The notes beneath the pieces were generated by a model. It had not been told where the DNA came from. It saw only the letters and a program-made list of their open reading frames with translations, and searched no databases. Source: Macrostomum lignano (taxonomy: Eukaryota). Taken from it: a DNA stretch of 64,000 nucleotides. Shown here piece by piece: positions 1 through 20,219 of this stretch. Within the stretch, counting starts at the first letter, position 1; each line of letters opens with the position of its first letter. The stretch lies in contig NIVC01002359.1 of assembly GCA_002269645.1 (NCBI GenBank), positions 62,001 to 126,000 on the forward strand. The letters run 5' to 3'. The translations under genes and the position numbers were made by a program.

Positions 1-150
1 TGTCTTCATTATATTACTGAATACAGTAGACTGTAAAGCGTATAAAATGGCATCAAGAACTGTTTTTTCATTGTTTCGGTTTCTGGCGTTTTTGATTATA
101 AAAACACCTGTTGAATTTTGCGTTGGTTCGTTTTTTCCTAGCTTTCTAAA

Positions 151-345
151 AGGTCGGGGGTTCGATTCTCGACTCGCCCGGAACAATTTGTGTCCTTGAC
201 AAAACACTTAACTCTGCATTGCTTCAGTTCACCCAGCTGTAAAATGGGAGCCAGCATTAGCTGAGGTAATTGAGGCTGTGTGGCGACCCCTCCAGTCCTT
301 GGACTGAACAGCCGTACGCAGCCTTCAGATGCGCCGCGCAATACA
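151..345 (+). mobile_element. tRNA-derived CORE-type SINE copy (5' truncated)
   Basis: B-box-like GGTTCGATTC at ~159-168, followed by TGTGTCCTTGACAAAACACTTAACTC...TTCAGTTCACCCAGCTGTAAAATGGG, which resembles the MIR/CORE-SINE core. A second copy of the 3' half lies at 56799-56935. Confidence 0.7.
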
Positions 346-957
346 ATAAGGCAAATGACAGTAAGTCGGTACACAATTTAGATACTATGCATACCAATAC
401 ACTATTATTAATAATATGCATTTTTATATTTGAGTTGGTTACGATGAAGGGCAAACTGGGGGTGCAGGCTACACAGAAAGGAGCAGCTCACCTTGCTTGA
501 AAATGGCTCAGAGAGCGGTGCATCTCAGCGGCCGCAGTCAGCTTTGCTGAGAAAAAATACTAAGGGCTACAGCAGCTCCAGTTTTGTGAGCAGGCAATGG
601 TTGGGTGTTGAGACTTTTTAAGTATTTGGAAAAGCAATTGAGAATTGCTTCCAGCGCTGCTCGCAAAAGCATGTAAAAATTGACAGCAGTTTCATTTACG
701 GACGCATGCGCTTGTCAAAGTGCTTTGTGTTCGATTGATTACGTAATATATTACCATCTTTAAGCGGAGTTTACAGTTCGTATGCAAGACACGGTAATTA
801 GGGTAGACAAATAAGACATGTACATGTAACAATTGCATTTCACGTGTGAGTAGTTGATGCCGATTGACAAGTTACTGCAAATATCGATTGATCAGATCTA
901 CGTTTAGTGGGTCCTTCACTAGCAGCATTTGCGGACAATCGTGTCTCAATTCCTCTT

Positions 958-1050
958 CCCGGGTCATTTGAGGTCAGTCAGTGATTTCCCCGGGTCATTT
1001 GAGGTCAGTCAGTGATTTCCCCGGGTCATTTGAGGTCAGTCACTGATTTC
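958..1050. repeat. 31-bp unit x3 just downstream of the Pitx stop codon (probable 3' UTR)
   Basis: GGGTCATTTGAGGTCAGTCAGTGATTTCCCC repeated at 961, 992 and 1023. Confidence 0.9.
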
Positions 1051-1157
1051 TTTCCCTCGTTTCCGCAACGCTGCCACACCAGCCGATCCGCCCCAGTAAT
1101 CGAGATCAAACAAGGTCAGAGAAAGGTCAGCGAAGGTCAGGAAGAGTTGCCAGCCAG

Positions 1158-7810
<6,653 letters not shown>

Positions 7811-8569
7811 CCCGAAGGGAAAAATGGGAAGATGGCCGGGCGGATCCCTATTAGAAGAGAGTCTTGGCGCTCGATAGGCCCGAGACGATTAAGACAACGC
7901 GGCGGCGAGTCTCAGTTCTGATCCTCTCCAATCCCAGGGACAAATGCGCCCCCCCTGAGACAGAGAATTAGCGCGAGAGAGAAAGCGAGAGAAAGGCTGG
8001 CGCTAGGTCGAAGGGATTTCTCCTCACCAAGGAGAAAAACCGCGGGATTTCAAGGGAGATTCGGGAGGATTTCAGCGCGAGAAACTGCTTAGACTTCGAA
8101 TAAGAAAACCGGCGGGGAAGGCTGGCTAGGATGGGGATCGGAGGGAGATTTAGCGGTATTGGCGACGGCCGGCTAAGCCTATGGGATCACTCGCTCAAAA
8201 AGAGGATCAATGAAGAGGACCAGGAACCGTTATTGTTGCGCCACTGCAAGTTTTTAATCCCGGGCGAGATTTTCCCAGGCTTAAGATGGACAATCGCAGG
8301 GGCCCCAACCCTCTGCCCGACCCCGCCCCCGCTCCCCGCCCAATGGCTGCCCGCCCCGCCGTCTCCGCCTTGATTTGGGAAAAACCATGCGGAAACGACG
8401 AATCCCATTGGCTGGGAAGCCTGTCTTGCCAGCTTTTCATTGCTGGTCTCCAAAAACTGGTTGAAGATTTGCATTTGGAGTTATGGTTATAAGGGGTATA
8501 GGTTCAAAATTAAAAATTCAACTTCAAAACAGTCTGAGCAACTACGAGTACAATGAGCATTTTATTTAG

Positions 8570-9400
8570 ATGGGGAGCTCCAATTCCTAGTCTGAATGAG
8601 GCGCCAATCTCATTCTCAAGTCTGACTAAAGCACCATTTCCAAATCTAACTGAGGCGCCATTTCTGAATCTAATTGAGGCGCCATTCCTGAATCTAGCTG
8701 AGGCGCTATTTCTGAATCTAGCTGAGGCGCTATTTCTGAATCTAAGTGAGGCGCCATTTCTGAATCTACCTGACTCAGTTCCAAATCTAAGTGAGGCGCC
8801 ATTTCTGAATCTACCTGACTCAGTTTCTGAGTACAAATGAGGTGCCATTTCTGAATCTAACTGAGGCGCCATTTCTGAGTACAAATGAGGCGCCATTTCT
8901 GAATCTAACTGAGGCGCCATTTTTGAATTTAAATGAGGCGCCATTTCTGAGTACAAATGAGGCGCCATTTCTGGATCTAACTGAGGCGCCATTTCTGAAT
9001 CTAACTGAGGCGCCATTTCTGAATCTAACTGAGGCGCCATTTCCAAATCTAACTGAGGCGCCATTTCTAAATCTAATTGAGGCGCCATTTCTGAATCTAA
9101 CTGAGGCGCCATTTCCAAATCTAACTGAGGCGCCATTTCCAAATCTAACTGAGGCGCCATTTCCAAATCTAACTGAGGCGCCATTTCCAAATCTAACTGA
9201 GGCGCCATTTCTGAATCTACCTGACTCAGTTCCAAATCTAACTGAGGCGCCATTTCTGAATTTAAATGAGGCGCCATTTATGAATCTAAACAAGACGCCA
9301 TTTCCAAATCTAACTGAGGCATCATTTCAAAATCTAAATGAAGCGCCATTTCTGAATCTAAATGAGGCGCCATTTCCAGGTCGAAATGAGGCGCCGTTTC
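8570..9400. repeat. 24-bp minisatellite upstream of Pitx
   Basis: Unit CTGAGGCGCCATTTCTGAATCTAA. Confidence 0.95.
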
Positions 9401-10019
9401 TGACTATACTACGCCCATAGAACAAGCCGCTCCTGCAGTTGCAGCCTCACAGACTGCTGTGGCGCCATGCAGCGCCAGCTGCCCCAGGCTCGGCGCCATC
9501 TCGGGAGCGCCACCCGCTGTGCGAAAATCGGCCAGGCCATGCGGCGGGGCCGCCCGCCGCCCTCTCTCCGCCTCTCAAATATTCTCCCTAACTTTTAACC
9601 CCGCTGACTTACGGAGGGGCACTTAAGCCTTCATTGTAGCAGCGCCAACCCCCTCCCCCCTCATAAGAAAGCTTGACTACAGCTCTCTCTAATGCCTCAT
9701 CTGCATCCCGATCAGGCTCCTCTGTATAGGTTATTAGCTTGTCCAGCAGTTCTAATAATGCATAATTGCAGGCTCCATCGCTTGTCAATGGCGCATCATG
9801 CACAGGAGGCCCCCCGCTGAGTTAGTTATGCCTTTAAAAACCATCCTTGTTTTATTAGCAGCTATATAGGTCTACCGGTAGTTCTAGTTTATTCCATACG
9901 TAATGTCTTTTTAACCAGTTCTGCCAACATTTGGGGAGGACAGAGACGCGTGGGTCATTTTTTAGAAGTGATTTTGCAAGTATCTGTCATTGATGTCTGC
10001 CTTCCGTATAACTGAGGTT

Positions 10020-10600
10020 GGAATTCTTGTTGAACCAACGGTTGAACCACCTGTTGGAATCCCTGTTGGATCACCTGTTAGAATCCCTGTTGGATCACCT
10101 GTTGGAATCCCTGTTGGATCACCTTGTTGGAATCCCTGTTGGATTACTTGTTGGAATCCCTGTTGGATCACCTTGTTGGAATCCCTGTTGGATTACTTGT
10201 TGGAATCCTTGTTGGATCACCTTGTTGGAATCCCTGTTGGATCACCTTGTTGGAATCCCTGTTGGAACCCATGAGAAAACCATGTTGGAACCCATGAGAA
10301 AACCCTGTTGGACCCATGAGAAAACCCTGTTAGAACTCATGAGAAAACCATGTTGGAACCCATGAGAAAACCCTATTGGAACCCATGAGAAAACCCTGTT
10401 AGAACCCATGAGAAAACCCTGTAGGAACCCATGAGAAAACCCTGTTAGAACCCATGAGAAAACCCTGTTGGAACCCATGAGAAAACCCTGTTGGAACCCA
10501 TGAGAAAACCCTATTGGAACCCATGAGAAAACCCTGTTAGAACCCATGAGAAAACCCTGTTGGAACCCATGAGAAAACCCTGTTGGAACCCATGAGAAAA
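10020..10600. repeat. Compound minisatellite (12-13 bp then 23 bp)
   Basis: GTTGGAATCCCT-type units to ~10265, then GAACCCATGAGAAAACCCTGTTG. Confidence 0.9.
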
Positions 10601-11259
10601 TTCCCTATTGGAGAACCTGTAACATGAAAATGCTGTTTGAATCTAAATTACCAGCAATCGCCCCGAAAGCGGATGACGATACACTTGTAAAAAATCAAAA
10701 TTGAAATGTCGCCAGCACACTCGAACACTTGCTGCAGCAAAAAAATAAATACAGTGCAACGTACACGCGCCATGATCCTAAAATCCCGAAGAAGGCCATT
10801 TCTGGAGCCGGGCGTCCACTTCAAATCCCCTCTCCGAATCCCAAGTCTGAAGTGGCACTCGAGACAGTCGAATTCTATATAAACCAGCCAGTCAGTCAGT
10901 CAGCTGGCAAAAGAAGTCAGTTTCAAACAAGTCATGTTTGGTGCCAGTGGACAAGTGGCCGACAGGTTGTTGAATTTGCAGCGGCAGTGGCGGAATTGAT
11001 GGGGTGACAGCGTGTTTGGCCATCGTTATTGAGTTTTTTGTCTGCCGCGGTCACTCTGCCTGCTGATATACTGACTCGCAATGCAAGCGCGTGGCTTTGA
11101 CACGTGGATAAACTAACATATTATTACTGTCGCTTTATTATGACCTGCTGTAGCGTTGCAAAATATATTTTCTTGCAAAAATGCACACTCTGCACTGTGC
11201 GAGCAATTTGGAAGCGGAATCAAAGTTTTAAATGAGGCATAGAAATAGAGATGGAAACC

Positions 11260-11830
11260 CATGGGAAGAGGGGGTGAAGAGAGGGAAGAGGGGGTGAAGA
11301 GAGGGAAGAGGGGGTGAAGAGAGGGAAGAGGGGGGTGAGGAGAGGGAAGAGGGGGTGAAGAGAGGAAAGAGGGAGATGAAGAGAGGGAAGAGGGGTGAAG
11401 GGAGGGAAGAGGGGGTGAAGAGAGGGAAGAGGGGGTGAAGAGAGGGAAGAGTGGGATGAAGAGAGGGAAGAGGGGGTGAAGAGAGGGAAGAGGGGGTGAA
11501 GATAGGGAAGAGTGGGATGAAGAGAGGGAAGAGGGAGATGAAGAGAGGGAAGAGGGGGTGAAGAGAGGGAAGAGGGAGATGAAGAGAGGGAAGAGGGGGT
11601 GAAGAGAGGGAAGAGGGGGTGAAGAGAGGGAAGAGGGAGATGAAGAGAGGGAAGAGGGGGTGAAGAGAGGGAAGAGGGGATGAAGATAGGGAAGAGTGGG
11701 ATGAAAAGAGGGAAGAGGGGATGAAGAGAGGGAAGAGGGGGTGAAGAGAGGGAAGAGGGGGTGAAGAGAGGGAAGTGGGGGTGAAGAGGGAGAAGAAGGG
11801 GATAAAGAGGGAAAGAGGGGGAGGAAGAGA
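11260..11830. repeat. Polypurine 20-21-bp minisatellite
   Basis: Unit GAAGAGAGGGAAGAGGGGGT. Confidence 0.95.
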
Positions 11831-12639
11831 GGAAAGGAGATGATGGGAGGAGATTATAAATTGAAGAGAAGTTGCTAAAGTGAGACCATCCAAGAACAAA
11901 AGAAGAAATATAATTAAAAGAACACCAAAATATCTGGAGATCGGTCGCAAGTATCAGATTAAGGCAGGAAGATGAAGCATTTAGCTAAAATCGGATGGAG
12001 CATGCCGCAGCAGAAGCTATCTCAATCACTTCTGAGTTCTCGCGCATCCCGCCATAGGAGCCTGCGCGGTGACAGAGCTTCTCAAGACAAGAATCTGACG
12101 GGACTCGCGTTGTCGGCAGAAATCCGTTCCCTCGCTCACCATTCTCTCTCTCTCTTTTCCTTGCTAATTTAAATGGAAATCGGGCCCCAGATATATTCAT
12201 AAGCTGTTAATCCTTCGACCGTTCCAGCGCCGCCTTGACCGCCGCTCCGCCTCTCGTTCGGGGATTACCGCCCCGGCGACTTTAATAAGCAAAGAGCTTC
12301 TCATCGGGAATGATGGCGCGCTAGGGCAGCTGAGCCTGCGAAGTTTCCTTCTGCAGCAGTTGCTCACACTTCTTCTTCATTGCGCGCGGGCAAGATTCTG
12401 TCTGTCTCTCTCTGCTTTCGTGTTGGGGGATCATATCTCTAAGATTTTGCCTGGGTGAATTTTTCAGCTCCAATAGCGAGGCAATCTCTGATAGATTTCT
12501 TGGCTTCGCTACTCCCGGTATCAACTTCGCTGTCTACTTCCCTGTCTACTTCTCTCTTTACTTAGCTCTCCACCTTTCAACTAGTAGTAGATGAGAAGTA
12601 CTTCTCATCTACTTCTACTTCTTGCCTCTGAGGGATTGA

Positions 12640-12900
12640 GAGATATCAGATGAGAGTCAGACAGTCAGCAGAGAGATATCAGATGAGAGTCAGACAGTCA
12701 GCAGAGAGATATCAGATGAGAGTCAGACACTCAGCAGAGAGATACCGGATGAGAGTCAGACACTCAGCAGAGAGATACCAGATGAGAGTCAGACACTCAG
12801 CAGAGAGATACCAGATGAGAGTCAGACAGTCAGCAGAGAGATACCAGATGAGAGTCAGACAGTCAGCAGAGAGATACCAGATGAGAGTCAGACACTCAGC
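12640..12900. repeat. 33-bp minisatellite
   Basis: Unit GATGAGAGTCAGACAGTCAGCAGAGAGATACCA, ~8 copies. Confidence 0.95.
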
Positions 12901-13409
12901 TGAGCTCGTCCGTCATTCAAGACAGCCATCTGCGACAAGCCGGGAGGCCAATCAAGATGAAGCCCAAGCCAGATTGGGCCAGCAAGATTAAGTCGTGAAG
13001 CAGATTTTGAAAGAAAATTTCCTTCACTGTCCAGTTGCTTCCACGCCTGAGCGGGTTCTCCCGACACCCGGTGGCCTGCTCAGAATCCCTTTGCCGGGAA
13101 ACATCTGCATCAGCGTCTGCCCCTCCCCAGCTTCACCCGCCATCTCCTAGATGGGATCAAGCAAATCTTTGCAGCCCGTTAATCTAAGGCGGCCTGGCAA
13201 CAGGGCCGAGTGATGGAGCACTGAGGCTGCAATTCGCGGTGCTTGGAGATTAAAGCCGGCTTCCGCGACCAGGCTTGAGCGGCTCTGGTGGGAGAATTGA
13301 TTGTTGAGGGGAACTTTCTGCTTTTGATAATACGGGAGTTTCATTTTTTCCTTTCATGATTTTTTTGAAGCTGTGCAGTGAAAATTGGGGAACTATTTCT
13401 AGTTTGGTC

Positions 13410-14578
13410 TAGAATTCTCCCACTCTCACTGCAATCTCAGTTGGGAGAATTCTCCCACTCTCACTGCAATCTCAGTTGGGAGAATTCTCCCACTCTAACT
13501 GCAATCTCAGTTGGGGAATTCTCCCACTCTCACTGCAATCTCAGTTGGGAGAATTCTCCCACTCTCACTGCAATCTCAGTTGGGAGAATTCTCCCACTCT
13601 CACTGCAATCTCAGTTGGGGAATTCTCCCACTCTCACTGCAATCTCAGTTGGGAGAATTCTCCCACTCTCACTGCAATCTCAGTTGGGGAATTCACCCGA
13701 TCTCACTGCAATCTCAGTTGGGGAATTCTCCCAATCTTACTGCAATCTCAGTTGGGGAATTCTCCCGATCTCACTGCAATCTCAGTTGGGGAATTCTCCC
13801 GATCTCACTGCAATCTCAGTTGGGAGAATTCTCCCACTCTCACTGCAATCTCAGTTGGGAGAATTCTCCCACTCTCACTGCAATCTCAGTTGGGGAATTC
13901 CCCCACTCTCACTGCAATCTCAGTTGGGAGAATTCTCCCACTCTCACTGCAATCTCAGTTGGGGAATTCTCCCACTCTCACTGCAATCTCAGTTGGGAGA
14001 ATTCTCCCACTCTCACTGCAATCTCAGTTGGGAGAATTCTCCCACTCTCACTGCAATCTCAGTTGGGAGAATTCTCCCACTCTCACTGCAGTCTCAGTTG
14101 GGAGAATTCTCCCACTCTCACTGCAATCTCAGTTGGGGAATTCCCCCACTCTCACTGCAATCTCAGTTGGGAGAATTCTCCCACTCTCACTGCAATCTCA
14201 GTTGGGGAATTCTCCCACTCTCACTGCAATCTCAGTTGGGAGAATTCTCCCACTCTCACTGCAGTCTCAGTTGGGAGAATTCTCCCACTCTCACTGCAAT
14301 CTCAGTTGGGAGAATTCTCCCACTCTCACTGCAATCTCAGTTGGGAGAATTCTCCCACTCTCACTGCAATCTCAGTTGGGAGAATTCTCCCACTCTCACT
14401 GCAATCTCAGTTGGGAGAATTCTCCCACTCTCACTGCAATCTCAGTTGGGAGAATTCTCCCACTCTCACTGCAATCTCAGTTGGGAGAATTCTCCCACTC
14501 TCACTGCAATCTCAGTTGGGAGAATTCTCCCACTCTCACTGCAATCTCAGTTGGGAGAATTCTCCCACTCTCACTGCA
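13410..14578. repeat. 34-35-bp minisatellite carrying a 16-bp palindrome
   Basis: Unit GCAATCTCAGTTGGGAGAATTCTCCCACTCTCACT; TGGGAGAATTCTCCCA is self-complementary. Confidence 0.97.
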
Positions 14579-15179
14579 ATGAACAGATAATTTTGGCTCA
14601 ATAACTTTTCAGAACTTCTCTTACGAAAGAAGAAATTTTCCACGCTTGTTTCCTCTTCAAATAGAATTGGCAATCCAAAAATCTCCCTTCCCATTGTTTG
14701 TCCCGCCAACTGCAAATCCATTCTAATCCTTGTGGCTACTCAATCACGAACCGGTCACAGCTGCGGCAAATAGGGATAATTTTCCCTCGCGAGTAGTTCA
14801 GTGATTCTTGAGTACACAAATTGTGGCAGCGTGGCCAGTTTCCGGTTGAAATCTTGCACAAATAAGTGATTGAAATGCAACTGAAGGTTTCTGAGAGATT
14901 TTCTGTCCAGGAGACAGGTCAGCGATATGAAGATTGGATTATTGGTCATAAGATTTCTGAGAGCCATAGCTCATAGAAAGATTAAAAGGGTCATGGGCCA
15001 TAGAAGCGAATAAAATGATTCGATAGGTTGCCCCTCTTCAAGGGGTCATATGTCATGGAGTTAATAGTTGGATAAACGAGTGCCATATTTATGAGTCGAA
15101 AAATGGATCAGAAGGGTCATTGGGTCATTAATTAATCAATAGGGTCAATAGGTCATAACAATTGGTAATAAGGATCGTT

Positions 15180-15510
15180 GGCTCAAAAAATCATCCAAAT
15201 GGTCATTGGGTCATAAAAATTGTTCGAATGGTCATTGGGTCATGAAAATGGATTAAAATGGTCATTGGGTCATAAAATTTGTTTGGAAGGGTCATTGGGT
15301 CATAAAAATTGTTCGATTGGTCTTTGGGTCATAATAATGGATCAAAACGGTCATTAGGTCATAAAAATTGATCCAAATGGTCATTGGGTCATAAAAATGT
15401 ATCCAAATGGCCATAAGGTGCTAAAATTTGTTTCAAATGATCATTGGGTCATTAAAATTGTTTGAATGGTCATTAGGTCATGAAAATGAATCAAAATGGT
15501 CATTGGGTAA
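15180..15510. repeat. Degenerate ~30-bp tandem repeat
   Basis: Recurrent AATGGTCATTGGGTCATAAAAAT. Confidence 0.75.
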
Positions 15511-16699
15511 TAAAAAGAATCGCAACAGGAGCTCACCCAGACGCATAGCTGTCAGCGGTTCCAGCGCGGACCCCCGGGCAGGTCGCAGTGTCATGTCCAT
15601 CTGGCCGAAAAAGCAGCTGTCCAACGAAGATCGGAGCTTTGCAAAATGCAAACAAATTCGGCAAAGAGCCGGCAAGAGTTTCAGGATGAAATGCTTATAA
15701 GACAGAAGACTGACAGGCCGCAGACAGAGGGGAGGCGAGTGTCGGCGATTATCTAACAAAGTCGGGGCCAAGACGGGCCAGACTGTGTAACTCGCGCGGC
15801 AATCAGCAAATTGGTTAATTCTATAATTCTCATCCTGAAGGCCTGTCCGATCTCGGCGAGTCTCAAGGGCCAAGTGCCGCGGCTCAGGAATGAGCAGTGG
15901 ATTTACCCGACTCAGGGCCCGATCCGCTGGGGAGTAAACTCTGGAGGAATTCCAGAAAAGGGGATCAGATGGAGAGGAGCAGGGCTTAAAGGATTTTTCT
16001 CGCATCAAAATGTAATTTCTGAAATTGACTTCGCTGGCTGCCTGAGCTTTGAAATCCATCCTTAAAAACCTGCTTATAGCATCGGGCATTTTCCCCGGAA
16101 CTTGACTAGCAGTGGGATATCTCAGTTAGCTCCGACACTGGCTCAAATCTCGGCCGCTTAATCTTGAGGGGATAATTGGCTTCTGGGAGAACAGACGGAT
16201 CTGAGGCGCGCGTGGCGGCGCAAAAATCCCGAAATTCTCTGCTCGCCTCGAACTTCTTCAGTCAGCTGTGATTGCGGGGATCACAGAGTGGGAAATAGGG
16301 GAGAAAGCGGGAGCTTATTAAAGGCTAAGCGACAGAGCGGCTTCTTCATGGGATCAAAACAAGTTGAACCGTTTGTATCAAGCAGCAGGATTTTTTTAAA
16401 TAAGCAAAAAATACAAATGTTTATGTGCTGAAATCAAAATTATTATATTTTAGTCAGTCGTTTTGTTTCTAAGAATCGCATTGTATCCTTAGAATCGATA
16501 TAATTAAAAGCATTCTTTTCTTGGAATCGATAGCTGGATTTCTAGGAATCGATTATCTAAGTTTAGGGTCTTTATATTTATGTCAGTAAATATGGTTTCT
16601 TCATATTTAGTTTTCTAGGAATCTATTTAATTTCTTCAAGCAACCAATTTGTTTATTTTTAAGAACCAATTGCCTCTTTTCTAGGAATTGATTAATCGA

Positions 16700-17520
16700 T
16701 TGCTTGGATTCTAAGAATCGATTGCTTCAATTCTAAGAATCGATTGCTTCAATTCTAAGAATCGATTGCTTCAATTCTAAGAATCGATTGCTTCAATTTT
16801 AAGAATCGATTGCTTCAATTCTAAGAATCGATTGCTTCAATTTTAAGAATCGATTGCTTCAATTCTAAGAATCGATTGCTTCAATTCTAAGAATCGATTG
16901 CTTCAATTCTAAGAATCGATTGCTTCAATTCTAAGAATCGATTGCTTCAATTTTAAGAATCGATTGCTTCAATTCTAAGAATCGATTGCTTCAATTTTAA
17001 GAATCGATTGCTTCAATTCTAAGAATCGATTGCTTCAATTCTAAGAATCGATTGCTTCAATTCTAAGAATCGATTGCTTCAATTTTAAGAATCGATTGCT
17101 TCAATTCTAAGAATCGATTGCTTCAATTCTAAGAATCGATTGCTTCAATTCTAAGAATCGATTGCTTCAATTCTAAGAATCGATTGCTTCAATTCTAAGA
17201 ATCGATTGCTTCAATTCTAAGAATCGATTGCTTCAATTCTAAGAATCGATTGCTTCAATTCTAAGAATCGATTGCTTCAATTTTAAGAATCGATTGCTTC
17301 AATTCTAAGAATCGATTGCTTCAATTCTAAGAATCGATTGCTTCAATTCTAAGAATAGATTATTTTCAATTCTAGAAATCGATTATTTTCAATTCTAAGA
17401 TCGATTGCTTCAATTTTAAGAATCGATTGCTTTCAACTCTAGAAATAGATTATTTTCATTTCTAAGAATCGATTATTTTCAAATCTAGAAATCGATTATT
17501 TTCAATTCTAAGAATCGATT
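16700..17520. repeat. 22-bp minisatellite
   Basis: Unit AAGAATCGATTGCTTCAATTCT with decayed flanks. Confidence 0.97.
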
Positions 17521-18079
17521 GCTGAATTTCTAAGAATCAATTTTTGCATTTCTACGAGTATGAATCGATTGGCCCTCTCTCCAGAAACGAATCCCAAAAG
17601 CAATTCAACTGAACTTATCTTTTTGTCGCGTTTAAAATCTGGTCAACTCTAAATTCTATAAGAATTCAGAATGCTTTGCAATTGAGTGAACCTACTTTTT
17701 CCATGAATGGGTCGGCTACTTATTTCCAGGAATCGCCGGCATTCCAGAACTGCCCCCCACAAGGCGCGCATACTTGGCGCGGCTTAAGGGTCAACGCTTC
17801 ACCCCCTGGGGTGTGGCTTATCATCATTCCTGACAAGGAATATTTCACAAATCCTCTTGAACCAGCTGCCTCCCCTCTGGTCAATTGTCGATGGAATTTC
17901 TTGCAGAAGCAGGGCACGCGCAAAGCGACAGACAAGATCTGATGATGATTTCAACCTTTGTCTTTTAGGAATCCAGATGACCTCGGATTCGGGTGGCCTG
18001 AGTCATGCAGTTTTTCTTATAGTTTCTGCGATTGTCCCACTCTTAAGAATTCTATGGGGGGTAACTCAAAAGGTCGCAT

Positions 18080-19650
18080 TCTATGGCTCAGACTCCTATT
18101 CTATGGCTGAGACTCCTATTCTATGGCCCAAACTCCTATTATATGGCTCAGACTCCTATTCTATGGCTCAGACTCCTATTCTATGGCTCAGACTCCTATT
18201 CTATGGCTCAGACTCCTATTCTATGGCTCAGACTCCTGTTCTATGGCTCAGACTCCTATTCTATGGCTCAAACTCCTATTCTATGGCTCAGACTCCTATT
18301 CTATGGCTCAAACTCCTATTCTATGGCTCAGACTCCTATTCTATGGCTCAGACTCTTATTCTATGGCTCAGACTCCTGTTCTATGGCTCAGACTCCTATT
18401 CTATGGCCCAAACTCCTATTATATGGCTCAGACTCCTATTCTATGGCTCAGACTCCTATTCTATGGCTCAGACTCCTGTTCTATGGCTCAGACTCCTATT
18501 CTATGGCTCAAACTCCTATTCTATGGCTCAGACTCCTATTCTATGGCTCAAACTCCTATTCTATGGCTCAGACTCCTATTCTATGGCTCAGACTCCTATT
18601 CTATGGCCCAAACTCCTATTATATGGCTCAGACTCCTATTCTATGGCTCAGACTCCTATTCTATGGCTCAGACTCCTATTCTATGGCTCAGACTCCTATT
18701 CTATGGCTCAAACTCCTATTCTATGGCTCAGACTCCTATTCTATGGCTCAAACTCCTATTCTATGGCTCAGACTCCTATTCTATGGCTCAAACTCCTATT
18801 CTATGGCTCAGACTCCTATTCTATGGCTCAGACTCCTATTCTATGGCTCAAACTCCTATTCTATGGCTCAGACTCCTATTCTATGGGTCAGAGTCTCATT
18901 CTATGGCTCAGTCTCCTATTCTATGGCTCAGACTCCTATTCTATGGCTCAGACTCCTATTCTATGGCTCAGACTCCTATTCTATGGCTCAAACTCCTATT
19001 CTATGGCTCAGACTCCTATTCTATGGCTCAAACTCCTATTCTATGGCTCAGACTCCTATTCTATGGGTCAGAGTCTCATTCTATGGCTCAGTCTCCTATT
19101 CTATGGCTCAGACTCCTATTCTATGGCTCAGACTCCTATTCTATGGCTCAGACTCCTATTCTATGGCTCAGACTCCTATTCTATGGCTCAGACTCCTATT
19201 CTATGGGTCAGAGTCTCATTCTATGGCTCAGTCTCCTATTCTATGGCTCAGACTCCTATTCTATGGCTCAGACTCCTATTCTATGGCTCAGACTCCTATT
19301 CTATGGCTCAGACTCCTATTCTATGGCTCAGACTCCTATTCTATGGGTCAGAGTCTCATTCTATGGCTCAGTCTCCTATTCTATGGCTCAGACTCCTATT
19401 CTATGGCTCAGACTCCTATTCTATGGCTCAGACTCCTAGTACATGGCTCAGACTCCTATTCTATGGCTCAGACTCCTATTCTATGGCTCAGACTCCTATT
19501 CTATGGGTCAGAGTCTCATTCTATGGCTCAGTCTCCTATTCTATGGCTCAGACTCCTATTCTATGTGTCAGAGTCTCATTCTATGGCTCAGACTCCTAGT
19601 ACATGGCTCAAACTCCTATTCTATGGCTCAGACTCCTATTCTATGGCCCA
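18080..19650. repeat. 20-bp minisatellite, ~78 copies
   Basis: Unit CTATGGCTCAGACTCCTATT with recurring variant units. Confidence 0.97.
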
Positions 19651-20219
19651 GAGTCCCATGCTTAGGTGACAAGTTTTCGAAGCAACTCGAATGCAAAGGC
19701 AGAGATCCCATCATAAGGAAAAAGTCTTAATACCATCGCGCAATCAGAATAACAGTGAGCCGCCTTAACGTCGAATCAATTTAGAAAGGTGATGCAGAGC
19801 TCAAAGAGGGAGACGGCGGTTTTCAGAGATTCTGATAGCAAATTAAGCTGTCAGCATCTCCCATCGCGACAGATGGCCGGCTGGCGGGTGGAGGTGGCTG
19901 TGGAAGGACAGTGACGGGGATCCAGCTCAGAGAACTGTGATCCCCCCCCCCAGATATTTATTCTCCCGCGGGAGGGCAATGAAAACAAGCATTGGATTTG
20001 TGACGCCGCCCTGCTGACGGCCACGCGACCAGCGACGGAGCGCGCATGCGGCGGCAGCCTCGACTTTATCGGCCGGCGAGATGGCGCGATTTTAAACGGT
20101 TGAATTTCTAGGAAATGCAAAGAGATGAATAAAACAAATCGGCATTTTATGTTTGCTGTGATGGATGGAAACTAAGTTGGCCAAATTTATGCACAGAGCA
20201 CGTGCCAATTAATGGATTG

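Noticed and set aside
9609-9803. 64-aa ORF with protein-like composition (ALLELLDKLITYTEEPDRDADEALERAV)
   Set aside because: Short, no recognisable family, and no convincing flanking splice sites or partner exons.
13378-14604. Palindromic repeat array resembling a CRISPR
   Set aside because: Units are head-to-tail with no unique spacers, there are no cas genes, and the context is eukaryotic.
15478-16089. 203-aa minus-strand ORF upstream of Pitx
   Set aside because: No domain or codon-bias signature like the real exons; more likely regulatory DNA.
17857-19669. 580/528/438-aa ORFs open in all three plus frames
   Set aside because: They arise from a stop-free 20-bp tandem unit; there is no splice context or protein family, and openness in all frames is a repeat artefact.
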